Below are positions 25,701 through 37,457 of a stretch of 64,000 nucleotides of DNA, one piece after another. The notes below the pieces were generated by a model. The model was not told where the DNA came from. It did not search any database and worked only from the letters and a program-made list of their open reading frames with translations. Position 1 is the stretch's first letter. The number at the start of each line of letters is the position of its first letter. A program made the position numbers and the translations under genes. This stretch comes from Moniliella sp. 'wahieum' (taxonomy: Eukaryota), in NCBI GenBank assembly GCA_003971905.1, contig RSEE01000084.1, positions 62,001 to 126,000 on the forward strand, written 5' to 3'.

Positions 25701-28157
25701 GAGCGAGAGGAGGATCTTTTCCGAGTAGTGGGGCGGTGAGAACCGTAAAGGTGGGCATCGCATCAATCGGGATGGGCTCAGGCAAGTCGAGGGTAAGGGA
25801 CTGAGCAAAGAAGCTGATGCGCCGATCGGCCTCGGATCCCTTGGGGAAAAATTCAGGCTTGGCTCCCTTGTCCTTTTGGCTGATGAAAAAGGCGGAGCAC
25901 GGAGCATGCGCTTGCCGTCGGCAGTGGGGACTTGGTGGTAGAGCAATCGTTGGACTGTTCAATGCTCAGCAGATGTTCTCGGTACATGGAGATGATGACC
26001 GCGTTCCAAATCTGGGATACAAGAATCTCTGGGCTTGTACTTCACCTCCATATCGGCGGTGGCAAGAAGCTTGGAGTAGATCCGCTTGGGCAAGCGTGGA
26101 ACACTTCGTTCCACGGCGTCCAAATCGAGATGCCATCCGGAAGGCCCAACCAATGCTGAAGACGGTACTCCAAATGACGTGCCAGAGTGTACGTGTCGAG
26201 GAAAAAGAGGACACAGTCCATGACAATCATAATGACCAGAGTAAAGATTGGTTGGTGCTGCACAGGTTGTGGCCAAAGACCGGTCCTCGCAGTGCTGAAC
26301 TGCATCTGCAGCATGATGGCCAACGGGTCACGGAACGAGAGCGTGAGGAAAAAGTACGACTCGGTAAATTTGCACCCAAAGATCAAGAGCCACAGAATGA
26401 TGCTGGCAGCGCGATGGGTGGCAGGAAGCTTGGGGTAGGAGGCAGTGAAGGTCTGACTGGCCAGGTACTTGCGCGACTTGCTGCCACTCGATCACCAAAC
26501 ATCCGACCACTGGGACGACCGCCAGAAAGGCTGTAATCACACCCGAAACGCCAATGTGCACGTAGCTGATAATGTCCGGGATGGTGCCAGAGTGAGAAAA
26601 GCCGTGGACATAGACGGCCGGAGCGATGGTCAGACCAAGCAGATCAAGAGGAAATGGTGCGGACGAAAGGTGGGCATTGTTGTGCTTGTTCCCACCCACG
26701 TATCCATACTCAAAGAACGTGGCAAACAACATGATCACCACCGACACTGCCCCACCCAAGCCCGAAGCAGTCAACTTTTGGGCGCTCGAAGGGGTCTGGT
26801 CAGTGTAGGCTTTGGGAGCGTTGGCGCTGCGGGCGGCACACACAGTGGTTAGGTTCATTCATCACTTCAAAAGGAAAAAAAAAGAAGGAGGGGAGGGGGG
26901 ATCGAACGTACGCAGTGTAGTACCAAAAGACCGAGATATGCAGAATCCAGATACGGTTGAAATTGACAACCAGATGCCCCCAGGAGCGGGACTCGCGGTA
27001 GTTTTTGACAAAGACATTGTTCCAATCAATCTTGTCAAACTTCATAAACCGCTGCTGGGGAGGGATGTCGACGAGGCGGGTGCGGTCCTGAAGGATGCGG
27101 AGAGATGCCTTCGGGATACCAGAAGAGCTGGTTGACATCATCGTATCCAATGATGTGATCGTGGTCCTTCTCTTTCTTGACAAACTTGCCATCTACCACC
27201 TCAAAGATCTGGTCGCGGAGGAATCGATAGAGCGGACGGACAACCGCGCGGAGAAAGAGACCCTCGGGGACCGGGTCGAGACGTTCTTGGCACTCGGGGC
27301 TGCGGTAGTAGTCGTCGGCACACTTGAAAATGAAGCAGAGACACTCGGGCACAAAGCGGACCTGTCCGCCTTCGCCCCAACACAGGAGCCACAGAGCAAT
27401 CTGGCGCAACCGATCATAGTCGTTCATCCGGTGCATCGCTTCGCGCCAGCGGACCGAGGCCGATTGGAGGCTCTTGGCGCTGGCGTCTGGATGGCTGCCG
27501 CGCCGCCACCGGTGCGACGCATGCTGGTTGCGCGGCTGAGCCCCGGATTCTGGGAGCGGCCAATGGCATCGTCCAGGTCGAGCTGGGAGGCAAAGTACCA
27601 CTTGCGGTAGTTGGCGTGCTCCCCCGATAAAGTCGGCGTGGAGTGTGGCGAGGGCCAAGGCAGGACTCATGCGGCTGGCACGACTATCGAGAAGGATCAT
27701 GAGGTGGTCGTACATGTTGCGCATGCGTCGCGTTGGAAGCCAAACTTGTTGGCGAGATCGATAAAGATGTCTTCGATCTCCTCCTTGGAGAGCGGAATGT
27801 CGTGGTCGGCAGCCCAGGCAGGGTAGGGCTCGCGCTGGCGCAGGGGGGGCGGGTCGGCAAAGGGGCTGGAGCCAAAGGTGCCGGTGACAGTGGCGCTGGG
27901 CGAGTAGGCGGTGGTGGCGGTGGCCGAGGGCGGATAGGGGGCGAGCTTCTGGCTGTGGCCGTCGCTGCTGCTGGTGGGTAGGGGTTGGGGTAGGCGGAGG
28001 GGGCGTCGGAGGCGGCATGGCCGCGCTCGCTGGAGAAGTAGCCGTCGTTGGAGAGGAAGGCGTCGGCGCTGCCGGGTTCGTCGGGATAGGGGCGGGCGAC
28101 GAGGTTGAAGGGGTTCTGGGGGCCGAACCCACCAGCAGCAGGCGGGCCGGCGGCCAT
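22720..28157 (-). CDS. FKS1: 1,3-beta-glucan synthase catalytic subunit
   Basis: [225 protein letters not shown]-terminus LNCSFCKKI*. At least two introns. Confidence 0.97.
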
Positions 28158-29091
28158 GGCGTGGGAGGGGGGAGTGGTGGTGGTGGGGGGGGGGGGGGGG
28201 GCGAATGCGGATGCGGATGCGGATGCGGATGGCGACGCCCCGGGCGGGCTTCGGGGCTTTGGGGGCTGGCGGTCGGCGGGGTGTGGGTGCTGGCCGCGGG
28301 TGGAGCGGGCCGGGCGAGGGGGCGCGGCAGCTGTGTGGCGCGCGCACCCTGGGCTGCCACCACAGCACACTCGCGCCCTGCGCTGGCGGCCCGCAGGCGC
28401 CCAGCGCATGTGCCCGCACTCGCCACGCGCGCAGCGCAGGGCCAGTGTGGGTGCCCACAAGCGCGAGACGCACCGTGTCGCACTCGCCCCGGCGGCACAC
28501 GGCCGCAGTGTTGGGCGCCGGTTGCGAATTCGGATGCAGCCGGCCGTGTGTCGGGCGAGGAGCGACGGGATGCTGCTGCACGGGCGCCGAGCGGAGCGTT
28601 GCGCAGAGCAGCACAGCGCAGCACAGAGCCACTGCGTACTCGCATGGCGTGTGCTTAGGTAAGACGGCAGCGCGGTGCCTGCTGCGGCTGCGGGCTGCCG
28701 ATCGGAGGGCGTGGGTGGGCGGGTGTGTGCTGGGTGGAGCTGCGGCAGAGAGCATGTGGACACTGGCCAGGTGGCGTGCGGCCACCGCGCTCGCTCCACG
28801 CACGCGTGCCTAAGCAGCCCGCAACGTCTCGACTCGCCAGCCGAGTCCAGCGCCCCGCGCGCAAAGCCCCAAGGCTGCCAGCTCCAAGCTCCCGGCCCCA
28901 GGCCCCTCCGCGCAGCGTGCGTGGCGGCTGCGCAGGCGGCGACCAGTGCCTAGTGGCCAGCACCCAGCAGCCACTACACGCAGCCCACGCCCTAGCCCCC
29001 ACACCAGCAGCCTCTCCGCCCCACCCCCACCTCCTTGCTGGACAAGGACCGCTCCCCACCCCGCCCCCACACTCCCCCACACTCCTTCCCC

Positions 29092-31000
29092 ATGCGCACC
29101 CCCCCCACCCCGCGCCCCTTCGGCCACCCCCGCCACCCCCCCTCCCCCCACCCCCGTCCCCCCGCGACGACTGCACCTGTGGCCCCAACTACCACCCCGT
29201 CTGCCCCGCCGGCTGCGCCAACTGCGTCCAGCGCCTCGTCGCGTTCCCTGCGGCCGCTCCTGCCAGGACAACTACTGTGTCCCCCGCCCTCCCACAGCAG
29301 CAAGGGTGCCGCCATCGGCGGCGCCGTGGGCGGCGTGTGGGCGGCATCTTGGTCGTGCTGCTGGCCCTGTGGTTCTACCGCTCCCGCTCCCGGCGCAGGA
29401 AACTGGCTGCAGCGCATGCCCGCAACGAGGCGCGTCTCCGTGCTGCTGCTGCGGAAAAGTTCCGTCCGGGCCATCGCGAGCAAGCCGCCGCGGCCCCGAG
29501 GGGTCCCGTCCCGCCGCCTCGCGCGAGGGAGCCATTCCTCTCGCTGCCCCGAGCCGCATCATGCCTATCCAGATCCACCCACCCCATCCGGAACCGTGCC
29601 CACCGTGCCTGCCGCCGGCCCGGGCGCAAGCAGCGTTGCTCTCGTCCAGCCCGACCCTTCGGCGGCGGATGAGGAAACCGAGTATACCGAGCTCCGTCCC
29701 GATGGCTTGACCATGTACCGCCACCAAGACGAGGAGGAGGAGCTGGAAGACCAAGTCGGCACGCTGAATGCGCTGGAAAAACGTTTCTCCACTTCGGCCG
29801 CCACCCATCTGTCCCGGATCAGTGAACGGACCGAGTACGAGGAGGACTTGCACTCTGTCCGCTCTCGCCAGTCCCGCCTCACTGCCCGTGCGCCCAACTG
29901 GTCCAACCTCCCCCCGCTGCCCAGTCCGGCGCAACGCAGCGGGTTTGCTGTCCCTTCGCGTTCATCCGATGTCAGTCGGCCGTCCGACCCGTTTGGCGAC
30001 CATGCCTCGGTCCAAGCCTCCGCCTCGTACCACACCAGCCTCAGCCGCCTGCCTCTTCCGACGCCTCCCCCTCGCCCTCCCACTTGGGCGTGCGGGCAGG
30101 ACGGGCACCGTTTGTCGATTGGGAGTACCAGCTCGGGCGCCTCGGCCGCGTCGGGTGTGTCGGCGACGACGGCTGTGCCCGCCACGGTCACGCGAGTTCA
30201 GGTACAAAAGCCCGGCAAGGTCGAGCTGGTTCGTCGGCCATCTGCCAATCGGTCGACTGCCTCGGCAGAGCAAGACGGGGAGCTGCGGCCCGAGGCGGCT
30301 TCGTACGCCCTGCCTGCTCCGACCGAGCATGGCGAGGAAGAGAGTGGCGCTACGGCTGCTACGTCCGGTGACCTTGGGCCGCACGTGCTTGCCGCCGATC
30401 CGTTCCAAGATCCGCGCGATGTGATTGTGGTCACCCCGCACGATGGGGACCACCAGGACCGGGCGCAGTCGCTGCGGTCCATGGCGTCGGGCTCGACGGA
30501 GATGTCGGCTTCGTCGTTTGCCATCCCCTTGATCGACACGAGCAAGACGGGGGAGAGACGAAAGCGGCGCACCTGCATGCACCGGATGGAACACCGCTTG
30601 CACCTGCCGCTGCTTCGAGCGGTGCGGCGGGTCCCGGTTGAGCCTGGCGTTAGGCCCGTTGCACGAAGAGGGTACTGCGCCGCCAGCCTCGCATGCGCGC
30701 TCGGATTCGGGCCCCAGCTCCAGCTCCTACCGCAAACACTACCCTGTCTCGACCAAGGCGCTCCCGATTTCGCTCTCGTCCCACAGCGAGGAGAAACGGA
30801 ACAGCGCCGTGTCCAGGGTCACTACCGCCGACACGGTGGCCGGACTGAGCATGTTTGAGTTCGAGGTGCCACCGGGCTTGCCGCCCGACGCGACCCAGAC
30901 CGTTGCCCAGGTACGCGAGAAGGGTGAGCATGCCGGTTTCCCCGCCACCAACACCCCGCGCGAAGCTGCGACGGAGGACGACGAAGCCTACTCCTTCTAA
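29092..31000 (+). CDS. Opy2-like membrane anchor protein (Cys-rich ectodomain, single TM, long Ser/Pro-rich tail)
   Basis: Stitched N-terminus PRDDCTCGPNYHPVCPAGCANCVQRLVAFPCGRSCQDNYC has 8 Cys, like the Opy2 domain. TM GAAIGGAVGG..GGILVVLLALWFY followed by RSRSRRRK, disordered tail with DPF motifs, ending EDDEAYSF*. Confidence 0.6.
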
Positions 31001-31925
31001 CGCCGTGCCTCCTGCCGCCACCGCCTTGCTCCAGCCTGACGTTGGACGCTCAACGTGGGTTTGCGGTTGGCCTGTGGCCAACCCGTTCGCCCTGAGCCTA
31101 TGGTGGTTGGTGGTCTCCCCTTGGTCCGTGCCCCACCGGTTTGGGCTCGTTTCTCATCGTCAAAGTCTCTTACCTTCGTTTGATGGAACACTTGTCTCCC
31201 TCTTGATCCTCCCCTGCTGTTTGTGTGATATCCCCCTGTCCATTTTCCTCGTCCACGTCTTGACTCTTAACTCTTCACCCGTAACCTGATTCCCTCTCAC
31301 CGTTCCCTTTTCTTTTTCCTACCGTCCCGCCCTTTCCTTGCCCCAGCGTTCCCCCCCAGCGGCCATATGGATGCTGCCCTGTGAAACTATCTTGAAGTTA
31401 CACCTGAAGAGCCTGGTGCGCTTGGACGAAATGCCGCAGTCCACAGCACGGACCAGAGCACCTACTGGAACCACGAGCAAGCAGCCCGGCGCACTAGATC
31501 TGCGTAGGCAACCATTGCTAACAGCACGGGCATTGGCATTGGAAAGCTCCCCTCGACGCAGCCGCGACGAGGGCGAGGGGGACGGCTATGCTGGACTCGA
31601 GGTGGACATGCTAGTCGTGGACAGGAGACCGTCCTTGCCTCGGCCTCTCGCTTGCATCCTCAGCTGCGCCAAACTTTTGAGAGGGATGGCCTGTGCACGA
31701 TTGCATGTCCCAGGCACGGGGGCAGTGTGCCACTATTGCATCACTACGTCCCATCGCTCCTCGGCGCTCCTCAGCCTGCGGCTGGAGCGAGGCATTGAAG
31801 CTTGAAGCTTGGGCGCCCCGAGCTGCTGAGGCGGAACGTGCTTGCCTCGGTCGCCCGCCACGCCCGCCACTGTCTCCACCATCTCGTCCACCATCTTCAG
31901 CTCCTGCCGTTCCCGCCGCTCGAAA

Positions 31926-33151
31926 ATGTCGGTCCGCGCAGCGACCCATGCGGGCTCTTGGTACACGTCGAAGGGTACGCTCCCCCCCCTCTCCGCAACG
32001 CTTCACTTTGCTCTGAGGTGATGGTGAGGCAAGCCAGAGGCCTGAGGACTGAGAACTGAGGACTGAGGACTGACCCTCTCCAGCGCCGGCGCTGGACCAC
32101 TCTCTGACCCAATGGTTGGCCGCCGTTACGCCGGCTGGCATCCCCAGTGCGCACCAGGTCGTGTATCCCGAGCGGGCCTCTTCGGCCGAAGCGGAGGCGG
32201 AACGAATCACGTTGCCTGTGCCGGGGATCAAGGCGCTGATCGGGCCGCATGCCGGGTACGCCTATTCAGGCGCGGCGGCGGCGTGGGCGTACCAGTGCGT
32301 GGACCCGAGCTCGATCGAACGTGTATTTTTGCTGGGCCCGTCGCACCATGTGTACCTGCGCCAGTGCGCACTGTCAACCGCATCCCAGTACGCTACGCCC
32401 CTGGGGAACCTTGCGATTGACCAACAGAGTAAGTGGTTGCCGATGCGTGTGTGTGGCCATGCGGGACGCTGACGCGAATTGCTGCTCGCTAGCGCTTTCG
32501 GAGCTGCATCAGACAGGCAAGTTTGTACGCATGTCGTTGGCGGTGGACGAGGACGAACATAGTTTGGAGATGCACCTGCCGTACATTAAGAAAGTGTTTA
32601 CCAACCCGCACGTCCAACTGGTGCCCATCATGGTGGGCCATGTGCCAGCCGAGAGACGCATACGACCTATGGCCGAATCCTTGCTCCTACCTGGCCGACC
32701 CCAAGACCTTCTTTGTGATCAGCTCAGACTTTTGCCATTGGGGCGTCCGCTTTGACTACACCTTTTACCGTCCCTCCCCGCCGAACGCCCCACCTTTCTC
32801 CGTCCGGGCGAAAGCGTGCCGCGCGGCAAGGCGGCGCTCTGGGAATCGATCCGCGACTTGGACTTGGATGGCATCCAGGCCATCTCCCATGGCCCGCATG
32901 GCGCCCACGCACCGCGCCCTGCCAAGTCGGCCTCGGAGGCTGCCGCGGCGTTTCAAACGTACCTGACCGAAACTGAGAATACCATCTGTGGCGCCAAGCC
33001 GATCGGGTTGCTCTTGGCTGCGCTGGCCGAATTGGAGAAGACGGGGACCGCGTCCGAGGCACGGTTTGTGCGCTACGAGCAAAGTTCCCATGCCGAGGCG
33101 GTGAGAGACTCGAGCGTGTCGTACGCATCGGGCTATGTACGCTTGCTGTAA
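31926..33151 (+). CDS. MHO1: MEMO1 family protein (Mho1)
   Basis: [13 protein letters not shown] (exon 1, intron ~31975-32083), [66 protein letters not shown]...DSSVSYAS. Confidence 0.93.
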
Positions 33152-33559
33152 CCTACGTCTCTCCCTCGCTCCGATCCGACCTAGATTCTCGATGTACCGA
33201 TGCACCTCTCCCTGGCCCCTTCTTCCCACTGTCCCCGCGCACTTCCCTGCTGTTCATGTACCTGCTCAGGAGCCTTCTCTGCCGCCCATCTCGTTCCGCT
33301 CCACCGTTGCTGCAGACGGCAGCAGGGCGGAAGATAAGAATGACACCACACAAGTTCCAGCCATGCGCATGGCGGGCTGGAAGGGACGGAAATAGGTGAG
33401 CCCGGAGGGTTAGCGGGTAGGTGGGCATCGGAGGGGACGAAGGACAGGGGGTGTTGAGCCTCTCAACACAACGGGGCACGGGACGCGCTGCCGTGCTGGG
33501 CGCCTCGTTTGGTCTTTGGCCGCCGCCGTTCCGCCCTGCCGCCTGCGTTCCGCCGCGCG

Positions 33560-33567
33560 ATGACTCT
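33560..33567 (+). promoter_or_regulatory. Candidate Gcn4/Cpc1 (general amino-acid control) site ATGACTCT
   Basis: TGACTC core ~220 nt upstream of the CPA1 uORF. CPA1/arg-2 genes are established general-control targets, but the motif is short and could be chance. Confidence 0.35.
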
Positions 33568-33783
33568 GGCGAGCGCACTCAGACACTTGGAGCACGGGGG
33601 CAGTGTGGTGGAGAAAACCCGGACAGCCCGCAGGAAAAAATCGGTGGAAAAGGCCGGGGCAGCACGCAGCACCGCCGCTGCCATCCCCGCGCCGGCGCCG
33701 GAAGTGAATACTCGAGACCGTGCGCGTTTCCTTCTGCCCCCCCACCACCACCGCTGCCTCTGCCGCTTCCTCCCCTCGCGTTT

Positions 33784-33912
33784 ATGCGATTTTCCGCCCA
33801 GACCCGCGACGACTACATCTCGGACCAAGTTTACAAGACCCAGAATGATGCTGCCCAGCCTCAGCCCCCGCCCTGCCCCCGCCTGGTCCGCGGTGGTGCG
33901 TGCGCTGCCTAA
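33784..33912 (+). promoter_or_regulatory. Upstream ORF encoding an arginine attenuator peptide (AAP)
   Basis: MRFSAQTRDDYISDQVYKTQND...; core DYISDQVYKT aligns with S. cerevisiae CPA1 AAP DYISDHIWKT and N. crassa arg-2 DYLSDHLWRA. Weak start context tttATGc; lies directly at the CPA1 start. Confidence 0.85.
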
Positions 33913-35439
33913 GCCCCCGCCCCAGCTCCACCAGCACGGCTTGACCACCTCGGCCCGCGCTGCGCTTGCGACCCCCCGCGCGAGCGCGTCCCTCGGCGGG
34001 TTTGCCATCAGCTCCCAGCCGCGCATCACCTACACCTATGCGCCTCCCTCGCAGCCCGCCACGCTGCACCTCAAGACGGGCGAGGCGTTTAGTGGCCAGA
34101 GCTTTGGGTCGCCCAGTCAAATTTGGCGAGACGGTGTTTTCGACGAGCATCACCTCCTACACCGAGTCGCTTACCGATCCGTCGTACCAGGGCCAGCTGC
34201 TCACCTTTACCCAGCCCCTGATTGGCAACTATGGTGTGCCCGACAACTTTGCGCGGGTCGACCCGACGGGGGATCCGCGCGACGTGAATGTGGGCTCGTA
34301 CATGGAATCGGTGGGAGTGCAAGCGGCCGGAGTGATTTGCACCAACTTGTCCGAACATTTCTCGCACTTTGATGCGGTCGAAAGTCTTTCCACTTGGCTC
34401 GCCCGGCATGGTGTGCCGGGCGTGACGGGGATTGACACGCGCGCGCTCACTACGCTCCTGCGTACCCAAGGTTCCACCCTTGGCGCCATCAAGATTGGTC
34501 CGGACCACCTCGTGCCCCCTAAGCCCGAGGAGTTTGTCGACCCCATGGCGGAGAACTTGATTGCCAAGTGTCCACCAAGCAGCCCTACACGATCCATCCC
34601 CAGGGCGGCGCAAGTGCAGCCAAGGTGCACGTGGCCCTGCTGGACTTTGGCTCCAAGGCCAACATTATCCGTCACCTTGTCCGTCGTGGTGCGTCGGTCA
34701 CGGTGCTTCCATGGGACTATGACTTTAGCACGGTCCAACAAGGCTTTGGTCTTTTCCTTTCCAACGGCCCGGGCGACCCACACTCGATCCCCAATGCGAT
34801 CGCCGTTGTGCGCAAGGCCATCCAGGAATTTGACCGCCCCATCTTTGGCATCTGCATGGGCCATCAGGTACGTCGGTTTCCCTTTTGGCTGTGTCCCGAG
34901 TTGAGAGAGGGCACACAAACAAGCGGGGTCCTGCGCGACGTGGAGTAGCTAACGTGGGAATCGGCAGATTATTGGGCTGGCAGCTGGGATCCAAGCGTAC
35001 CGGATGAAGTTTGGAACCGTGGTCCAACCAGCCGGTGGTGGCCATGGCGACCACGGCAAGTCGGTCAAGGCGGGTCGGGTGTACATTACGTCGCAGAACC
35101 ACGGGTATGCACTCAAGTGGGAAGAAGGTGCGCAGACGATCGAGCAGGGCAAGTGGCCCGACGGATGGGAGCCGTGGTTTGTCAATGCGAATGATGGCTC
35201 GATCGAAGGCATTCGTCTTTCGCCCACTGTTGACCGCTCCCCCGTCTGGGCCGTCCAGTTCCATCCCGAGCACGCTGGGGGGCCGGAAGACTGTGGGAAA
35301 TGTTTACGGACTATGTCGACGAGTGCATCAAGGCGCGGGCTCTCAAAGGCGCCCCGTCAGCAACTTTGAAGTGCCAGGTGCGTTGACGACGCCGCCCGGC
35401 ACGGGCGAGGCGCCTACACTGGTCTCATTGACCAAGTAA
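33845..35439 (+). CDS. CPA1: Arginine-specific carbamoyl-phosphate synthase small subunit
   Basis: Arg/Ala/Ser-rich mitochondrial-type leader MMLPSLSPRP..., ATLHLKTGEAFSGQSFG, GETVFSTSITSYTESLTDPSYQGQLLTFTQPLIGNYGVP, GIDTRALT, LDFGSKANIIRHL, FLSNGPGDP, PIFGICMGHQ (catalytic Cys; intron ~34868-34967), YITSQNHGYA, VQFHPEH.GGPED. Confidence 0.96.
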
Positions 35440-37457
35440 ACCGGGCAAGAGCATCGTTCTTGTCCCAGGCTCAGCGCTCATGGCCCAGACCAGGTCCTTG
35501 TCTGCAAATAAAATCCGCATTAATCCATGTAATCCAGTCCCTGACGCCATACAGTAGAGGTAGAGGTACTACGCCCTCGCCATCTTGCCTTCAGTTCAGG
35601 AGGGAAGCAGTTCGGGCAGGAGGATGGCTTGCTCCAACTGCTTCGGCAGCCTGCAGACCGAATGGGGCGGGGGGGGCAGAAATTGAAACTGGGGGCACGA
35701 GGGGGGGCGGCGAGGGCGGCGACGAGTTGTGGGGCTCACAGGCCTGAGCTGGGTCGATGACATCACAATCATCGACATCTCCGAAACCATCGAGAACCGC
35801 AACCCCCAGTCCGGGTGGGGCCGAGAAGACCCAGAGCAGCGACCACAGCGCCAATCGCCATTATGGGGGTTTCCTTTTGGACTTAGTAGGCGCATTGGCC
35901 ATGCTGGCGGCTGTGCCATCGACTGGGCGGCGTGCGCCCACCACGAAGAGGCCTAAATGTGCGGCCCTCAATCCTATAATCATCCGCGAGAGAGGATATA
36001 TGCTAATGCTGATGCGGTCCTCCGTGGTGTACATACAGGTGCCCATATCTGTTGTGCTCATGCCCACAATGACACATCAGTGAGTCACTTGTATCATCTC
36101 TTTCCCCTCTCCCTTTGGGGTCCAGAATAAGGTGGGTTGGGGCATGGAGTGTAGTGAGCTACCTGGATGGATGGGATCAGTGTTGGAATATACGTTGTCT
36201 GAGTTGAAACTTGAACTTAGCACATCATGGCTTTGCAGCCATGACAGTAACGATAAAGTAGCCAGGCACACCACAAAAGTAGGATAAAAATGGTACCGTA
36301 TCGATGGGTCAATATAACTGTCAATTGTTGCAGTTAGCTATCATTGACAGAGCTTAAGCTGGCTGGACAAAGAAGCCATGCGCCCAACGGACTTACTCCG
36401 TCGTCCTTTGCTGTTTCTTGGCGCCAGAAACCTCCGTGTGGGAATCAATTGTAACGAGGACGTGGCAGCACGTACTTCTCACTCTACCATCTTTTTCGCC
36501 CCACACGCTGTGTGTGGGGCAGCAGTTGTGGGGTAATTGATAACTGATCCAAACGTTCTTGGCTGGTATAGGCACTTGTGGTGGCCCACATATGTTCCCA
36601 CCAGCGCCCAACGTCCACCATCCTCTCCCCTTAGCGTATAACGTTTAGCAGCACGTGTTCGTTACGTTTATTGCACTGCCGACCTCTTTACTGTCTGTAC
36701 CCGTCTGCTTTGGGGGTCTGGCTGTTGCTTTGCTTCATCCTCTCTGCCCCGCCCCGCCCTGCCCCTCTCAGCTCTCGCAACAAAACACACCACCCCCGGT
36801 CCAAGCTCGGCCCGAACGGCTACAACCCCCCCTCTCTTTGTCCTTTCCGGGCTATAGACACTGGCTGCGCCCGCAGAAGCGAGATGACATCACTGCAGTG
36901 TGGATCGTCGGAAGAAGAGTTCTATATCCATCCCCATGCTCCACTCTTCTTTTCCCACAGGCAGTTCCATCTCCGTGAGGAGTATAACGGCCAGATACCA
37001 TACATGCGATTATGCCTTTGTGGCAAAAGCTGTCCACATACCAACGGAGATGAAGCATGTGGTCGCCCCCGGCCTGTACCGTGTGTGGACACACATAACC
37101 GAAAGCATCCCGTATTCCCACTCCCTCCCGGCTCTCGGGCCACAATTTGCCGGAAGCTAACCCCCGAGTCCCCAAACTCTCTCATGGCAAAAGTTTCTTG
37201 CACCTGTGGGCGTCACCAAATCAACCATCACGGTCATATGATGATGTGCTGTCTTCCGCAACATCCAATATGTAACGTACGTATTTATGCTACACTGTGT
37301 CTCTATATTAAACGTTCCTGCGGGAGCCAACATTTTTAAACGGCTGCGCTGGCGCCAACTCCCAACCTGCCTTCACCCCCCACCTCATTCCACCTCAACC
37401 ATCACTCCTGCCCAGTCCCTGCCCAGCCCTGCTTACCACTCTCAGTCTCGGTGCATC

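Noticed and set aside
22720..28157. FKS1 (and other genes) as pseudogenes or programmed frameshift genes
   Set aside because: Indels affect nearly all genes including essential ones and cluster at homopolymers; sequencing error is far more parsimonious.
32042..32073. (CTGAGGA)n heptamer repeat in MEMO1 intron 1 as part of the palindromic-heptamer signature
   Set aside because: Period is 7 but the unit contains no 6-bp palindrome; treated as an ordinary microsatellite.
35591..36274. Possible small minus-strand gene with GDWRCGRC (RanBP2 zinc-finger-like)
   Set aside because: Second Cys pair and Asn of the motif are absent; no consistent spliced model could be built.
36671..37339. 222-aa Cys/His-rich ORF
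   Set aside because: Non-ATG start, no domain pattern, composition like intergenic DNA upstream of the SET gene.
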